A stretch of DNA of 24,149 bases from a virus (taxonomy: Duplodnaviria > Caudoviricetes): positions 1 through 24,149 of IMG/VR virus record IMGVR_UViG_3300032295_001012; one strand, 5' to 3'. This document shows, piece after piece, positions 7,278 through 16,329 of this stretch (the first letter of the stretch is position 1; every line of letters starts with the position of its first letter). A program made the position numbers and the translations under genes. The notes below the pieces were generated by a model. That model made no database searches. It was not told the origin of the DNA and saw only the letters and a program-made list of their open reading frames with translations.

Positions 7278-8810
7278 TTATCGGTTTCGGAGTTGTGCCG
7301 CGATTCGGTAGATGATCCCGAGGCGCGCCCGGTCGGTAGGGTTGGTCGAAGCGGCCAACTGTTCGGCAGTATCCGCGAGGAACGACATGGGATCCACACC
7401 CTCCGGAATCTGAATCCCGGCGTCCTGCAACTGCATCCGCAACTGGGCAGGCATGGTGCCTGTGGCGGCAGCGGCGCCAGCACCCCGCGCAGGGGCGCTA
7501 GGAGCGCCCGTAGCGCCTTCGGTTCCTTCGCGGAGCAGGCGGGCCTCCTCTTCGCTCACGGTCGCCTGTGCGCCCGCCCTGCGGCCTTCCTGCATCGTCC
7601 GCTCACCCATTGCCTGCTCACGCTGCAACTTGGCCTGCTCAAGATCCTGCTGGTACTGCTCCTGCGCCTGACCGCGGCGCATCTCCGACACCCCGCCGCG
7701 GATGCCCGCCTGCGAGTACGGGGACATCTGGCCGATCTGATCCTGCGGCTGGATCTGGAACCGGGGGGCGCGGGACAGCCTGTTGGCGATCGTCTGGCTG
7801 ACGATGTCGATGTCGGCTGCGTTGTACGGCATCGTCCACCCGATGTTCCGGGTCAGGCGCTGCGCCTCCTGCAACAGCAGGGGAATCCGCTGCTGCTGGG
7901 CAATGCCCATGATGCTGTCATACCCGACCTGCTGAATCGCCATGTCGGCAAGGTCATCAAGCGCGCCGGGGTTCGACTGGCTGAAGTAGTAGGACGGGAA
8001 ACTCGCCATCCTCTTGATCCCGGCAGCAGGCGGGGCAAGCAAGGCGAAGCGGTTGGTGTTCATCTGCCACCGCTTGATCTCCTGCACCCGCTGCGCCCGG
8101 ATCTCCTCCGGGATCGACTCGTTCTCCACGAAGCCGCGCTGCATGAGCGCGTACTGCTCGTTGGTCTGGACGGCCCAGTTGTCCGCAAGTGCCTGCGACA
8201 CCTCAAGTTGCGTCCTGTCGGCCATCTGCCGCATCTCCGCGATCGCCTCGCGGTCGCCTGCGGTGGCACGGTCGTAGAACCGCTGGATGGTCGAGTACGT
8301 CCCCATCGGGTCGCGCTCAAGACCGATCGACGCGAACTCGCTCAAGCCGGGGGCATAAGCCTCCAGTTCCTTCGCCATCTGCGCGACGGGAGCCTGAAGC
8401 CGCTTCGCGTCACGGGTGCGGCGCATCTGCTGCGCCATCGAGATTCGGCCCTCCGCGCGCTGCTGCATCGCGGCAAACCACTGCTCGTTCGTCATCCGGA
8501 TCGCCTGACGCTGCCCGTTCTTGTCGGTGAACAGCGCCGCGGGCGTGCCGTCCGGAAGGGTGCCGAAGTCCATCGCCTCCAGACCCGTGTAGTAGCCGTT
8601 CGAGAGCGCCTGATCCACGGCCTCGTAGGAGCCGTAGGGCGCGATCTCCTTGCTTCCTCGCGGATCCATAGCCGCCTTGCGAAGCATCTCGTCGTCGTCG
8701 AGGACATCGACCTGCTTCTCCTCGACGGGACGCTGGAACCCCTCGTTCAGCGTGAGCGGAGGCTGCTGGCTGAAGTCGGTCGGCTCCGGCATGTTCGGCA
8801 TTGCGCTCAT
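7278..8810 (-). CDS. Putative internal virion / DNA ejection protein (510 aa)
   Basis: Q/A/M-rich, helical-looking ORF; ATGA overlap with upstream gene; lies between the nozzle and giant protein genes. Confidence 0.65.
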   Translation of the reverse strand: MSAMPNMPEPTDFSQQPPLTLNEGFQRPVEEKQVDVLDDDEMLRKAAMDPRGSKEIAPYGSYEAVDQALSNGYYTGLEAMDFGTLPDGTPAALFTDKNGQRQAIRMTNEQWFAAMQQRAEGRISMAQQMRRTRDAKRLQAPVAQMAKELEAYAPGLSEFASIGLERDPMGTYSTIQRFYDRATAGDREAIAEMRQMADRTQLEVSQALADNWAVQTNEQYALMQRGFVENESIPEEIRAQRVQEIKRWQMNTNRFALLAPPAAGIKRMASFPSYYFSQSNPGALDDLADMAIQQVGYDSIMGIAQQQRIPLLLQEAQRLTRNIGWTMPYNAADIDIVSQTIANRLSRAPRFQIQPQDQIGQMSPYSQAGIRGGVSEMRRGQAQEQYQQDLEQAKLQREQAMGERTMQEGRRAGAQATVSEEEARLLREGTEGATGAPSAPARGAGAAAATGTMPAQLRMQLQDAGIQIPEGVDPMSFLADTAEQLAASTNPTDRARLGIIYRIAAQLRNR

Positions 8811-9337
8811 CGCTGAATCCCCAGCATCAGGTTGCGGACGCGACCGGACGCGCTCGGCGGCGCCTCCTGCTGCATGATGGACGGGTACATCCCGACGTTG
8901 AAGTCGTAGGGTTCCTTCTGCTTCACAGGCTGCGAGATGCCTGCCGCGATGTCGGTCATCTTGACGTTGCCAAGACCCTCGGACATCACCGACGCGCGGG
9001 ACGCCTGACCCTGCGCGATCTCCTCCGCGGTCGCTTCCTTCGACAGCGTGGACAGCCGCTCCTGCTCACGACCGAACTCCGCACGCGCCTCCGCGGCAGG
9101 ACGCGCGAGGGCGACCTGAAGACCGGGAGTCGCGGCGGTGATGGCCGCGCCGAACGAACTGTACGGGTTGTTCGGGTTGTAGTTCTGCAAGCCTCCGGCA
9201 AGTCCCATCAGGAAACTGCCGCCGACGCGCCCGGCGCCGGACAGGAAGTTGTCCCACCCGGAAGCCTCCTTCGGCTGCACCTGCGGAAGCGTCTGCATCG
9301 CGGAACGAAGACCGACGTTTGCCATGAAACTGCTCAT
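8807..9337 (-). CDS. Putative internal virion / ejection protein (176 aa)
   Basis: TAATG-coupled; Gly-rich hydrophobic stretch FLSGAGRVGGSFLMGLAGGL; synteny. Confidence 0.6.
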   Translation of the reverse strand: MSSFMANVGLRSAMQTLPQVQPKEASGWDNFLSGAGRVGGSFLMGLAGGLQNYNPNNPYSSFGAAITAATPGLQVALARPAAEARAEFGREQERLSTLSKEATAEEIAQGQASRASVMSEGLGNVKMTDIAAGISQPVKQKEPYDFNVGMYPSIMQQEAPPSASGRVRNLMLGIQR

Positions 9338-10146
9338 TACCGCTGTCCTCCGAATGCCTGACCGAACGGCGAAAGAGCCTGACCGACGCCGCCGCCGATT
9401 CCCTCGGCAATCGCGCCGATGCCTGCACCGAGCAGCGCGCCGCCGAGCGCGTTGCCGGAGGCCATGTCCATCATGGCCTTCTGCGTCTCCGCCGAGTACC
9501 GATTCTCGATCGGGCGCGTCATCAGACCGATGTTCTGCTGCATCTGCGCCGCACGAGCAGCCTGCGCCGCAGCCGTGTACTGCTGGTACTGGCCGCTCTG
9601 GTACTGCGCGCTGCCGAGTCCGGCACCGAACAGGCTCTGCGCAGCGTTCTGCTCCATCTGCGCGATCGCGGACGCCTGCGCCATCTGCGCGGACGCGAGG
9701 GTCTGCGCGTACTGCTCCTGCACCGCACCTGCCTGAAGCGCGCCCTGCGCGGCGACCGCGTTCACCGCAGCCTGCCCGAACGTGGTGTTGGAAAGCCCGG
9801 TCAGCATCCCGCTCAACTGCTGGCGCGCGACGGCAAGATCCGTCTGCTGCTTCAGCAGGCCGAGCGTGGCATCCCGTCCGGACTCAAGCGTCTTGTACGC
9901 CTCCTTGCCAGCGGCAGCGAACGCGGCGCGTGACTGCGCCATCACGTCGCCGTACTGCTTGACGGCACTGTTGTACGCCTGCGAGTACACGGCGGCATTC
10001 GCCGTCCGCTCCTTCAGGAAGTTGTCGATGATCTTCCCGTACTCCGCATTGGCGTACCGACGCGCTCCGGCGTAACCCTTCTCCATCTGCTTGATCGCAG
10101 CGGTGTAGTCGGTTTCGCCTCCGAACAGGTTGCTGAACAGGCCCAT
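9337..10146 (-). CDS. Putative DNA ejection / pilot protein (269 aa)
   Basis: Start re-assigned to ATG 10146 (TGATG overlap with nozzle stop; MGLFSNLFGG...). A/Q-rich body and Gly-rich hydrophobic C-terminus (ALGGALLGAGIGAIAEGIGGG) are typical of podovirus ejection proteins. Confidence 0.7.
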   Translation of the reverse strand: MGLFSNLFGGETDYTAAIKQMEKGYAGARRYANAEYGKIIDNFLKERTANAAVYSQAYNSAVKQYGDVMAQSRAAFAAAGKEAYKTLESGRDATLGLLKQQTDLAVARQQLSGMLTGLSNTTFGQAAVNAVAAQGALQAGAVQEQYAQTLASAQMAQASAIAQMEQNAAQSLFGAGLGSAQYQSGQYQQYTAAAQAARAAQMQQNIGLMTRPIENRYSAETQKAMMDMASGNALGGALLGAGIGAIAEGIGGGVGQALSPFGQAFGGQR

Positions 10147-12299
10147 CAGTAGGTTCCCTTCACGTTCTTGGTGTGGCCGTAAGGCTCGACCAGCACGGCC
10201 ATGCGCTCGATAGCCCAAGGTACGCCAAGGCTTTCGATTCGCACATACGCCGCCTGATCCCGGATCCGGCACCGGAAAGCGTCGTTCCTGCCGGGAAGCA
10301 GCGTCCCGAGCGGGTTCTGGTTGGTGTTGTCGTAGGTCGCGCTGCTGACCGTGTAGCGCGGGGACGTGATGTCCGAAGGCAGGGCAAATCCGGCAGACTT
10401 CTGCGCCGACGCATAGACGTAGGTTCCGCCGGGGGTGTCAGCCGACGTGCCGGGAAGGGTGGTGTCCCGAGACATCATGGTCGCAGTCGGGCTGGTTGCG
10501 TGCCGGATCACCCAGTCTGGAGGCGTGGTGCCGACGTTGTAAATCTGGTTGACCTGCTTGGTGTAGGTACGCCCGGTCGGGTCGGTGATGAGGGTGTCGG
10601 AAGTCAAATACGTCCCGGCGAGTTCCGTCTCGTAGAACAGGTCGAGCGCCTTGTCCGTCGCCGTAGACCACGAGGTGTTGTAGACGCCGCAGTCGTAGGT
10701 GGTCGTGAACGTCGGATTCCCGGTCGCAGGCTGGTTTCCGGCGTCAACCAGCACCTCCGGGAAGTCAGGATCCTCGGTCACGGTCACGGAGGTGATGTTC
10801 TCTCCGATCGCCTCCTCGGCAGTCTGACCCGACAGAATCGACGCGAACGGCCCGGACAGACGCTCAACAGGAGTGTTGAACGCAGCCTCCTCGATCGGCT
10901 CGTCCATCGTCAGTTCGATGCGAACGTCCTTCATCATCACCTGACCGAGCGACGGCTGAAGCACAGGGCCGAACGTCAGGCTGCTGGTGATCTTCTGCGC
11001 CGCCGCCTCCGTGTTGTCCACGGTGAAGTCGCTGACCCCCTTGTACCCGACCGCCGCCTGACCGTCCACGCCGGACACGAGGTCGCGGTCGAACCACCCG
11101 ATGTAGCCATCCTCGCTTCCGAATGCGAGGATCGGGGCGCGAGAGTCACCGAACGGGAAGTCGCCGCAGCAGGTCGGGGCATGGAACGCAGGCCATCCGG
11201 TCTGGATCGGCCAGAAGGCGTCCGTTGCCTGACTGTAGAGCAGGTGGACGCTGCTTGCCGGGAGGTCGGTGCGCGACATCATGCAGTAGACGTTCTGCGC
11301 CTCCGCGTCGTAGCCAAGCACGCAGTTCAGGGCGTCGAACTTCTGCTGCTGGAAGAAGGTGTCAAGGCGACCGCTCGTAATGCGACCGCTCTTCGTCACC
11401 TGAAAGTCGTTCGGCTGGACGCGGTACAGCCCGTCCTGCGCCATCATGTAGATGGTCTGCGCGTCGGATGCGCACCATGCACGCTCGGACACGATGCCGA
11501 CCGAACGGGACAGTTCGATCAGCCGAGCGTCCGTGACCACCGGGTCTGCGGTCAGGTATGTCATTGTGTGCCGTCCGGCGAACAGCAGGCCGCTCTCGCC
11601 AACGGGGACGAGCGCGACGATCGGCTCACCGGGAACGCCGAAGCGCGTCGATGACACGCCAGCGACGGCATCATGGGAGTTCGTGCTTGGATTCCAGTCG
11701 TCCGGATCGTTGATGTGGCACAGGAACCAGTTGTTCGGAGCGGACTTGAGGCCAGACAACGCGAGACGACCGCCGAATCGAACAAGCAACGATGCTCGAT
11801 CTGACCCACTACCAACGTAGTTGTTCGGGCCATTTGCGTGCGTCCACTCAACGACCGAAGGAGCAGGATCGGTGATGTCTAACTTTCGATAGAACTCTCC
11901 GTCCGCAAAGTAGCAGTACTGTCCAAATACCGCAGCGCCAATGTGTCCGCTGGACTTCATAGCAGACAAGACTCCGCGACCGCAGTGATCTGCCGTACCG
12001 CCGTTGTCGATGATGTAGACCTCTCCACCAGCCACCACGATGCACCGCTGGGTAAGTACACCTCCGACGTAAGCATCCGCGCGCAGGATCACCTGCACCT
12101 CTCGTGTCGTAGCAGACGGATCCGTGTTGAACTGATACGCCCCGAGAAGCGGCCTGCGCTGTCCGAGCCGCAACTTCCCCTTGTAGGCGTCGTATGGGAT
12201 CACGTTCATCGCCTGCGCGGTGAAGCCCGGAGGCAGCGCGGAATACGAGGAATCCACGCTGACGCCGCGATACGGGAGTGTGACCGGGGAGTATGGCAT
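10146..12299 (-). CDS. Tail nozzle / tail tubular protein B (P22 gp10 / T7 gp12 positional analogue), 717 aa
   Basis: Size; beta-rich sequence; N-terminal LPYRGV...AMNVIP...LRLGQRRP; RLAL...WFLCHINDPDDW; GEPIVALVP; position before ejection genes. Confidence 0.75.
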   Translation of the reverse strand: MPYSPVTLPYRGVSVDSSYSALPPGFTAQAMNVIPYDAYKGKLRLGQRRPLLGAYQFNTDPSATTREVQVILRADAYVGGVLTQRCIVVAGGEVYIIDNGGTADHCGRGVLSAMKSSGHIGAAVFGQYCYFADGEFYRKLDITDPAPSVVEWTHANGPNNYVGSGSDRASLLVRFGGRLALSGLKSAPNNWFLCHINDPDDWNPSTNSHDAVAGVSSTRFGVPGEPIVALVPVGESGLLFAGRHTMTYLTADPVVTDARLIELSRSVGIVSERAWCASDAQTIYMMAQDGLYRVQPNDFQVTKSGRITSGRLDTFFQQQKFDALNCVLGYDAEAQNVYCMMSRTDLPASSVHLLYSQATDAFWPIQTGWPAFHAPTCCGDFPFGDSRAPILAFGSEDGYIGWFDRDLVSGVDGQAAVGYKGVSDFTVDNTEAAAQKITSSLTFGPVLQPSLGQVMMKDVRIELTMDEPIEEAAFNTPVERLSGPFASILSGQTAEEAIGENITSVTVTEDPDFPEVLVDAGNQPATGNPTFTTTYDCGVYNTSWSTATDKALDLFYETELAGTYLTSDTLITDPTGRTYTKQVNQIYNVGTTPPDWVIRHATSPTATMMSRDTTLPGTSADTPGGTYVYASAQKSAGFALPSDITSPRYTVSSATYDNTNQNPLGTLLPGRNDAFRCRIRDQAAYVRIESLGVPWAIERMAVLVEPYGHTKNVKGTY

Positions 12300-13393
12300 C
12301 AGGAGAGGCGAACACCAATAACGATTGTGAGCCAGCCGTTGGCTGGCGTATATGACGTTGCAGCCGTAACGACTGTTACTGATTGTGTTCCGGTGTTTCC
12401 ACCGCTGGCAATCGAATCAATTTTTACGTTCATCACGATTGCAATCCAACTTTGTCCGGTTGCGCCGACAGACAGAGATGGCCCACCAGCACTGCCGCCG
12501 ACGCCACTTCTAATAATGACCTGACCCGGGCCTGCTGATGCTGACAGAATTGGCTGGAACGTGCCACTATCGTCATATGCAGCGGTTCCAAGACCAAGGG
12601 CCGTCTTGGCAGTACCACCTGATCCACTGGTAAGTGCTGCAACTGCACCAGCAGCAGTTGCGCCGAGGACGCCAGCAGCACCGAGATTCGCCAACTTGCT
12701 GTACGCAATTGCTGCGGAAGCATCGACGTTGGCATTTACGATCGTTCCAAATCCAAGCGTCCCGCTTGAACGTCGAAGCACATGTCCATCGGATCCTGCC
12801 GCAATGTCGGCGGGAGCGCCAGTCGAGTTCGCGGAACGACCAATGACGGATGTTGCGGTCGATTGACGCAACTTCGCGTCGGTGACGCCGTCGCTGGTTC
12901 CGGTCGCGCTCTTGATCTTCGCCGTCTCGACGGCGTCGTTGGCAAGTTCCGTGACCGTGATGCTCCCCGCATACTGGCTGACCGCCACCCACGTCGTCCA
13001 CGCGCTGCCGTCGTAGCCGCGCGCGAACGCCTTCTGCGTCTTGGTCGAGACGAGCAACTGCGCGATCGTGCCGCCGGACAACTTGGTGACGTGCAGGACG
13101 CCGGGGCCGTCGGACGCAGGCGTCCACGCGGACGGGACGTTCGACGTGACCGTCGTGGCGATCGGATACCGACCCTGCACGCTGTACCCGGCTGCGTTGA
13201 TGTCCGTGCCGGACACAGCAACCTGTGGGTAGGTGCTGGAGACGTAGCCGAGCGAAGTCCACGGGTTGGTTCCGTCACCGATCTTGACGTTTCCAGTGTC
13301 GGTTTCGTAGCCGATCTCACCGGACTCAAGCGTCGGGTCGGAACTCGTCCAGTTGGACGCGGTGCCGCGACGGATCTGCAACTTGATCGCCAT
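12299..13393 (-). CDS. Tail fibre protein with Mtd_N / hyaluronidase-type N-terminal anchor
   Basis: MAIKLQIRRGTASNWTSSDPTLESGEIGYETDTGNVKIGDG is the recognisable anchor motif; followed by a knob-like segment (...AQLLVS...FARGYDGSAWTTW) and VTDAKL-type shaft repeats. Confidence 0.85.
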   Translation of the reverse strand: MAIKLQIRRGTASNWTSSDPTLESGEIGYETDTGNVKIGDGTNPWTSLGYVSSTYPQVAVSGTDINAAGYSVQGRYPIATTVTSNVPSAWTPASDGPGVLHVTKLSGGTIAQLLVSTKTQKAFARGYDGSAWTTWVAVSQYAGSITVTELANDAVETAKIKSATGTSDGVTDAKLRQSTATSVIGRSANSTGAPADIAAGSDGHVLRRSSGTLGFGTIVNANVDASAAIAYSKLANLGAAGVLGATAAGAVAALTSGSGGTAKTALGLGTAAYDDSGTFQPILSASAGPGQVIIRSGVGGSAGGPSLSVGATGQSWIAIVMNVKIDSIASGGNTGTQSVTVVTAATSYTPANGWLTIVIGVRLS

Positions 13394-13623
13394 TACTTGT
13401 CCTCTTCCACGAACGAAGGCGGCACGCAGTACCAGCCTTCAGGGATGCGAACCTCGTTGTCGCCCAACTGCCAGCCGTCAGCCGTCTTGACGTACACCTT
13501 GCCCCGCACCTGCGGCCCCGTCCTGATCGGGCTGCTCTCGCTTACCAGCACCGTGCGCGTGCAGCCAGTCGCGAATGCGAGAGCCACCGCGACGAAGGAC
13601 AGAATGATCAGCAGGAGCGTCAA
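13393..13623 (-). CDS. Lipoprotein, putative o-spanin (Rz1-like), ~76 aa
   Basis: Probable TTG start at 13623 with GAGG upstream; hydrophobic signal LLLIILSFVAVALAFATG-C (lipobox); overlaps the preceding ORF in another frame. Confidence 0.6.
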   Translation of the reverse strand: MTLLLIILSFVAVALAFATGCTRTVLVSESSPIRTGPQVRGKVYVKTADGWQLGDNEVRIPEGWYCVPPSFVEEDK

Positions 13624-13702
13624 CGCCCGAACCTCTTCGTGGAAGAACGGAATGCGCCCACTGGAGCAGCGACATGACGATGGCTCTGACGAGTTCATAC
13701 AC
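13478..13702 (-). CDS. Putative i-spanin-like (Rz-like) protein, 74 aa
   Basis: GTG start 1 nt after holin stop; moderately hydrophobic N-terminus; overlaps the lipoprotein gene as in Rz/Rz1 pairs. Confidence 0.45.
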   Translation of the reverse strand: MYELVRAIVMSLLQWAHSVLPRRGSGVDAPADHSVLRRGGSRIRDWLHAHGAGKREQPDQDGAAGAGQGVRQDG

Positions 13703-13703
13703 G

Positions 13704-13901
13704 TCACTCGGCCTTCTTGTTGTCCTTGGCGAAGATCAGGCCGACGCCAGCGATGCACGCAGCGGCCAGCGCGCCCCAGTCCGGGACGGTCAGCGGGTCG
13801 TTGTCGGTCAGGGCGGTTAGGACGGAGCCGACCGCCACGACGATCGCCGCCACGCCAGCGCCAGTGGTCTTCCACGAAGAGTTCTTGATGATCTCGCTCA
13901 T
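13704..13901 (-). CDS. Putative holin (65 aa, two TM segments)
   Basis: SWKTTGAGVAAIVVAVGSVL...WGALAAACIAGVGLIFAKD with a charged C-tail; typical small phage holin pattern. Confidence 0.7.
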   Translation of the reverse strand: MSEIIKNSSWKTTGAGVAAIVVAVGSVLTALTDNDPLTVPDWGALAAACIAGVGLIFAKDNKKAE

Positions 13902-14104
13902 CGGTCGTGCCTTTCCAGTTTCTCCTCGATCTTGTCGAGGCGCTTGCTGATGCTGTCCTGATTCGTCACGACCTGCATCAGCAGGCGGTCGTGGTTTAGA
14001 TACGCGGGAAGGAGCATTCCGACGAGCGTGAGGGCAATCGCGCAGAGCGCGATCCAGTTCGCCGTGGACAGGCTCACCTTGATGTTCGTCTTTTCGATTG
14101 TCAT
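13898..14104 (-). CDS. Small membrane protein (1 TM + coiled coil), lysis-cassette associated, 68 aa
   Basis: Start re-assigned to ATG 14104 (MTIEKTN...); TM WIALCAIALTLVGMLLPAYL; C-terminal ISKRLDKIEEKLER. Confidence 0.6.
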   Translation of the reverse strand: MTIEKTNIKVSLSTANWIALCAIALTLVGMLLPAYLNHDRLLMQVVTNQDSISKRLDKIEEKLERHDR

Positions 14105-14108
14105 GGCT

Positions 14109-14411
14109 TTAGATGAACACGCGATACGGGATAGTTGGGAGCGGGTCAAACGTGGGGAGCGCATCTTCCTGCTCCTTCGTGAGTTCAAAGGCCACGCGGA
14201 TGTTCGCGTGGAAGCGATTGTCGCCCGGTCGCACGATCACGCCCTCCTCGTCCACCTGTGCCGGGATCGGCCCGATGCGGTCGAGCGTCACCCCTGTGAC
14301 GGGCAGCACCATGACCTCGCCGTCCTCGTCGGTGCGTTCCTCGGCAAGCCCTGCGGCGATGAGGGCATCGTCGAGGTCGGATTCGGTGGTTGACCGGAGT
14401 AGGTAATCCAT
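14109..14411 (-). CDS. Acidic hypothetical protein downstream of fibre gene (possible fibre assembly/accessory protein), 100 aa
   Basis: Start re-assigned to ATG 14411, 1 nt after the fibre stop (MDYLLRSTTESDL...FHANIR...PTIPYRVFI). Confidence 0.65.
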   Translation of the reverse strand: MDYLLRSTTESDLDDALIAAGLAEERTDEDGEVMVLPVTGVTLDRIGPIPAQVDEEGVIVRPGDNRFHANIRVAFELTKEQEDALPTFDPLPTIPYRVFI

Positions 14412-14412
14412 G

Positions 14413-16329
14413 TCAGGTGGTGATGGCTTGGAGTTGTGCGTCAGAAAGCGTGGTCGGCCAGTACTTCGCAGCCTTGATCGTGCCAGCCGGGAAGAAGGCT
14501 CCATAGCCCTTCTGGCCGAACATGAAGTACGTAGGTGTTCCGGTGACTGTCATTGCGGTCGCTCCAGACACAGATACCGCGCCTCCGTTGCTTGACCTAC
14601 GAACCTCCCCGGTTGCAAGTGCGGTATCTACGCTCCATGCAAGTTTGTAGTCGGTGTTGAGCGCAATGGGCGTACCGACATTTGCGGTCGGAGTTCCTCC
14701 CGGCCCCTTTGCTTCAACGGAAGAACCACCGGAGTTAGTCAAGAAACCAAATGTACGCTGATCCGGCGCTGGTTCGTTTGTGAATCCCATGCGCCACGGA
14801 AACGACGAGGTATTCAACTGCGAGAAACGCCCCTCGTAGTACATCGAACCGTTCGTAGTGCTGTACTGGAGCGAGGTGATGTTGTCCATCACGCAGGAAT
14901 CGAACGCCCTGCTCCCCGTGCTTGCCCCGGTCGGTATTAGGCTGCTGACTCCTGCTCCGATTTCGAACTGTGCGCCCCACACAAAGATCGTCGCGGTGGT
15001 CGTGCTGTTCCTATCCGGATAGATGTAGAAGCCGAGATTTGCGTAGGAAACCGGAGATCCAGTTGAGTTGGTGATGCTTCTCGTAACACCAACTCGCACC
15101 CATCCGGTCACAGAACCGAACGTGAAATCAACATCAGCACCGCTGCCGGAAGATGCCGTTACGGCTGGATTGCTGACATACACGCCGTTTCTCGTTCCAA
15201 AGACCGTGCCGCCGCCATCGAAAATCCCCAGCGTTGCTGCTGCTTGCCCAGCGCCGTTCATTCGCATCCAAATAGACGCAGTCACATTCACCGTCGAACC
15301 TGCTGGAACCGTAACAGTAGGAACGATTTGGTTACGGACGACAAATTGCGTTCCGGCGGCCTTGACGATCTTGCATGTCTGCGTACCGCCAGACGGATCG
15401 GCGATGGATGTATCTTGTGTTGCCGTAATACCGACGCTGTTTCCCCAGAATCCGGTCGTGTAGATGTCGTTTGAGTTCCTGACAGTATTGTCGGAACTTC
15501 CCTCAATCAGCAGTCCGCGAGGCTGGAGCGTGGTCGGGTCGTAGTCGAAGCGGGGGGCTTGGTAGTCGTTCGACTTGAAGTAGTTGGCCGTGCTGTTGTT
15601 TGTCGCGGAGGTGTTCGGGTAGTACGGAACAGTTCCGCTTCCCTTCCACATCGTCCAGCGCGGATTTGAGAACGTGGCAGATCCGGCGATCACCGACGAA
15701 CATCCGACACCGAAATACATGTTCGTCGTGCCGCTTGTCACAGAGTCGGTCGCGTAGGCAATGTTGAACTGCGTACCGACAGGAAGGATGCCGCCGTTCC
15801 AAAGCGGATGCAAACTGTTCCACGCAACACCATTGACGTAGTGCTGCGCGTTTGTCGGAGTACCCGTGACGATCACTTGGCTTGCCTGTAGCGATCCGGA
15901 GGCAATCGTTACATCAACCGATGCAACGACACGAAGACCGCCACCAGAGAATCCGGACGAACGGACGATCGCTCTGCGCTCCGCAGCCGTCGTTGTAACC
16001 GTAACCGATCCGTCTCCGTTGAAGACGGCAGTTCCGCCAGTTGCAATAGCGTATCCCCAGCCAGAGGAGGTCAATGATGGGTTCGATCCACTCAAACCCT
16101 CGAACGCCGTGTTCCAATACATATTGGAGTTCGCCCACTCCACATACCCCTGCGAGTTGATGAAGGTGGCGTTGGTTCCGCGCGTGAACGTCAGGCGCGG
16201 GTCGAGGACGCCCGTGGTGAAGTCGAGCGAGAGCGTGGAGCCGTCCGGACTGTCGATGAGGCCAGTCCTGTGCCGACAACGCTCGACCGGGTCAGAGCCG
16301 AGCAGCCATGTCCGGTTGCGTGCGTGCAT
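14413..16329 (-). CDS. Virion spike/fibre protein with carbohydrate-binding-like and C-terminal LamG/ConA-like regions (638 aa)
   Basis: Start re-assigned to ATG 16329 (TGATG coupling). Motifs LSLDF...LTFTRGTNATF, PRFDYDPTTLQPRGLLIEG, WGAQFEIG...IPTG...R, and KYWPTTLSDAQLQAIT; S/T/G-rich. Confidence 0.75.
   Translation of the reverse strand: MHARNRTWLLGSDPVERCRHRTGLIDSPDGSTLSLDFTTGVLDPRLTFTRGTNATFINSQGYVEWANSNMYWNTAFEGLSGSNPSLTSSGWGYAIATGGTAVFNGDGSVTVTTTAAERRAIVRSSGFSGGGLRVVASVDVTIASGSLQASQVIVTGTPTNAQHYVNGVAWNSLHPLWNGGILPVGTQFNIAYATDSVTSGTTNMYFGVGCSSVIAGSATFSNPRWTMWKGSGTVPYYPNTSATNNSTANYFKSNDYQAPRFDYDPTTLQPRGLLIEGSSDNTVRNSNDIYTTGFWGNSVGITATQDTSIADPSGGTQTCKIVKAAGTQFVVRNQIVPTVTVPAGSTVNVTASIWMRMNGAGQAAATLGIFDGGGTVFGTRNGVYVSNPAVTASSGSGADVDFTFGSVTGWVRVGVTRSITNSTGSPVSYANLGFYIYPDRNSTTTATIFVWGAQFEIGAGVSSLIPTGASTGSRAFDSCVMDNITSLQYSTTNGSMYYEGRFSQLNTSSFPWRMGFTNEPAPDQRTFGFLTNSGGSSVEAKGPGGTPTANVGTPIALNTDYKLAWSVDTALATGEVRRSSNGGAVSVSGATAMTVTGTPTYFMFGQKGYGAFFPAGTIKAAKYWPTTLSDAQLQAITT

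Noticed and set aside
8430-8450. GRISMAQ in the 510-aa protein (and QVSMSL near 985-1000) resembling the GISMAR linker
   Set aside because: Partial peptide match only, different codons and no evident domain boundary; likely chance.
12299-13393. Diversity-generating retroelement suggested by the Mtd_N-like domain
   Set aside because: Mtd_N is only an anchor domain; no reverse transcriptase, TR/VR pair or C-type lectin tip seen in the window.
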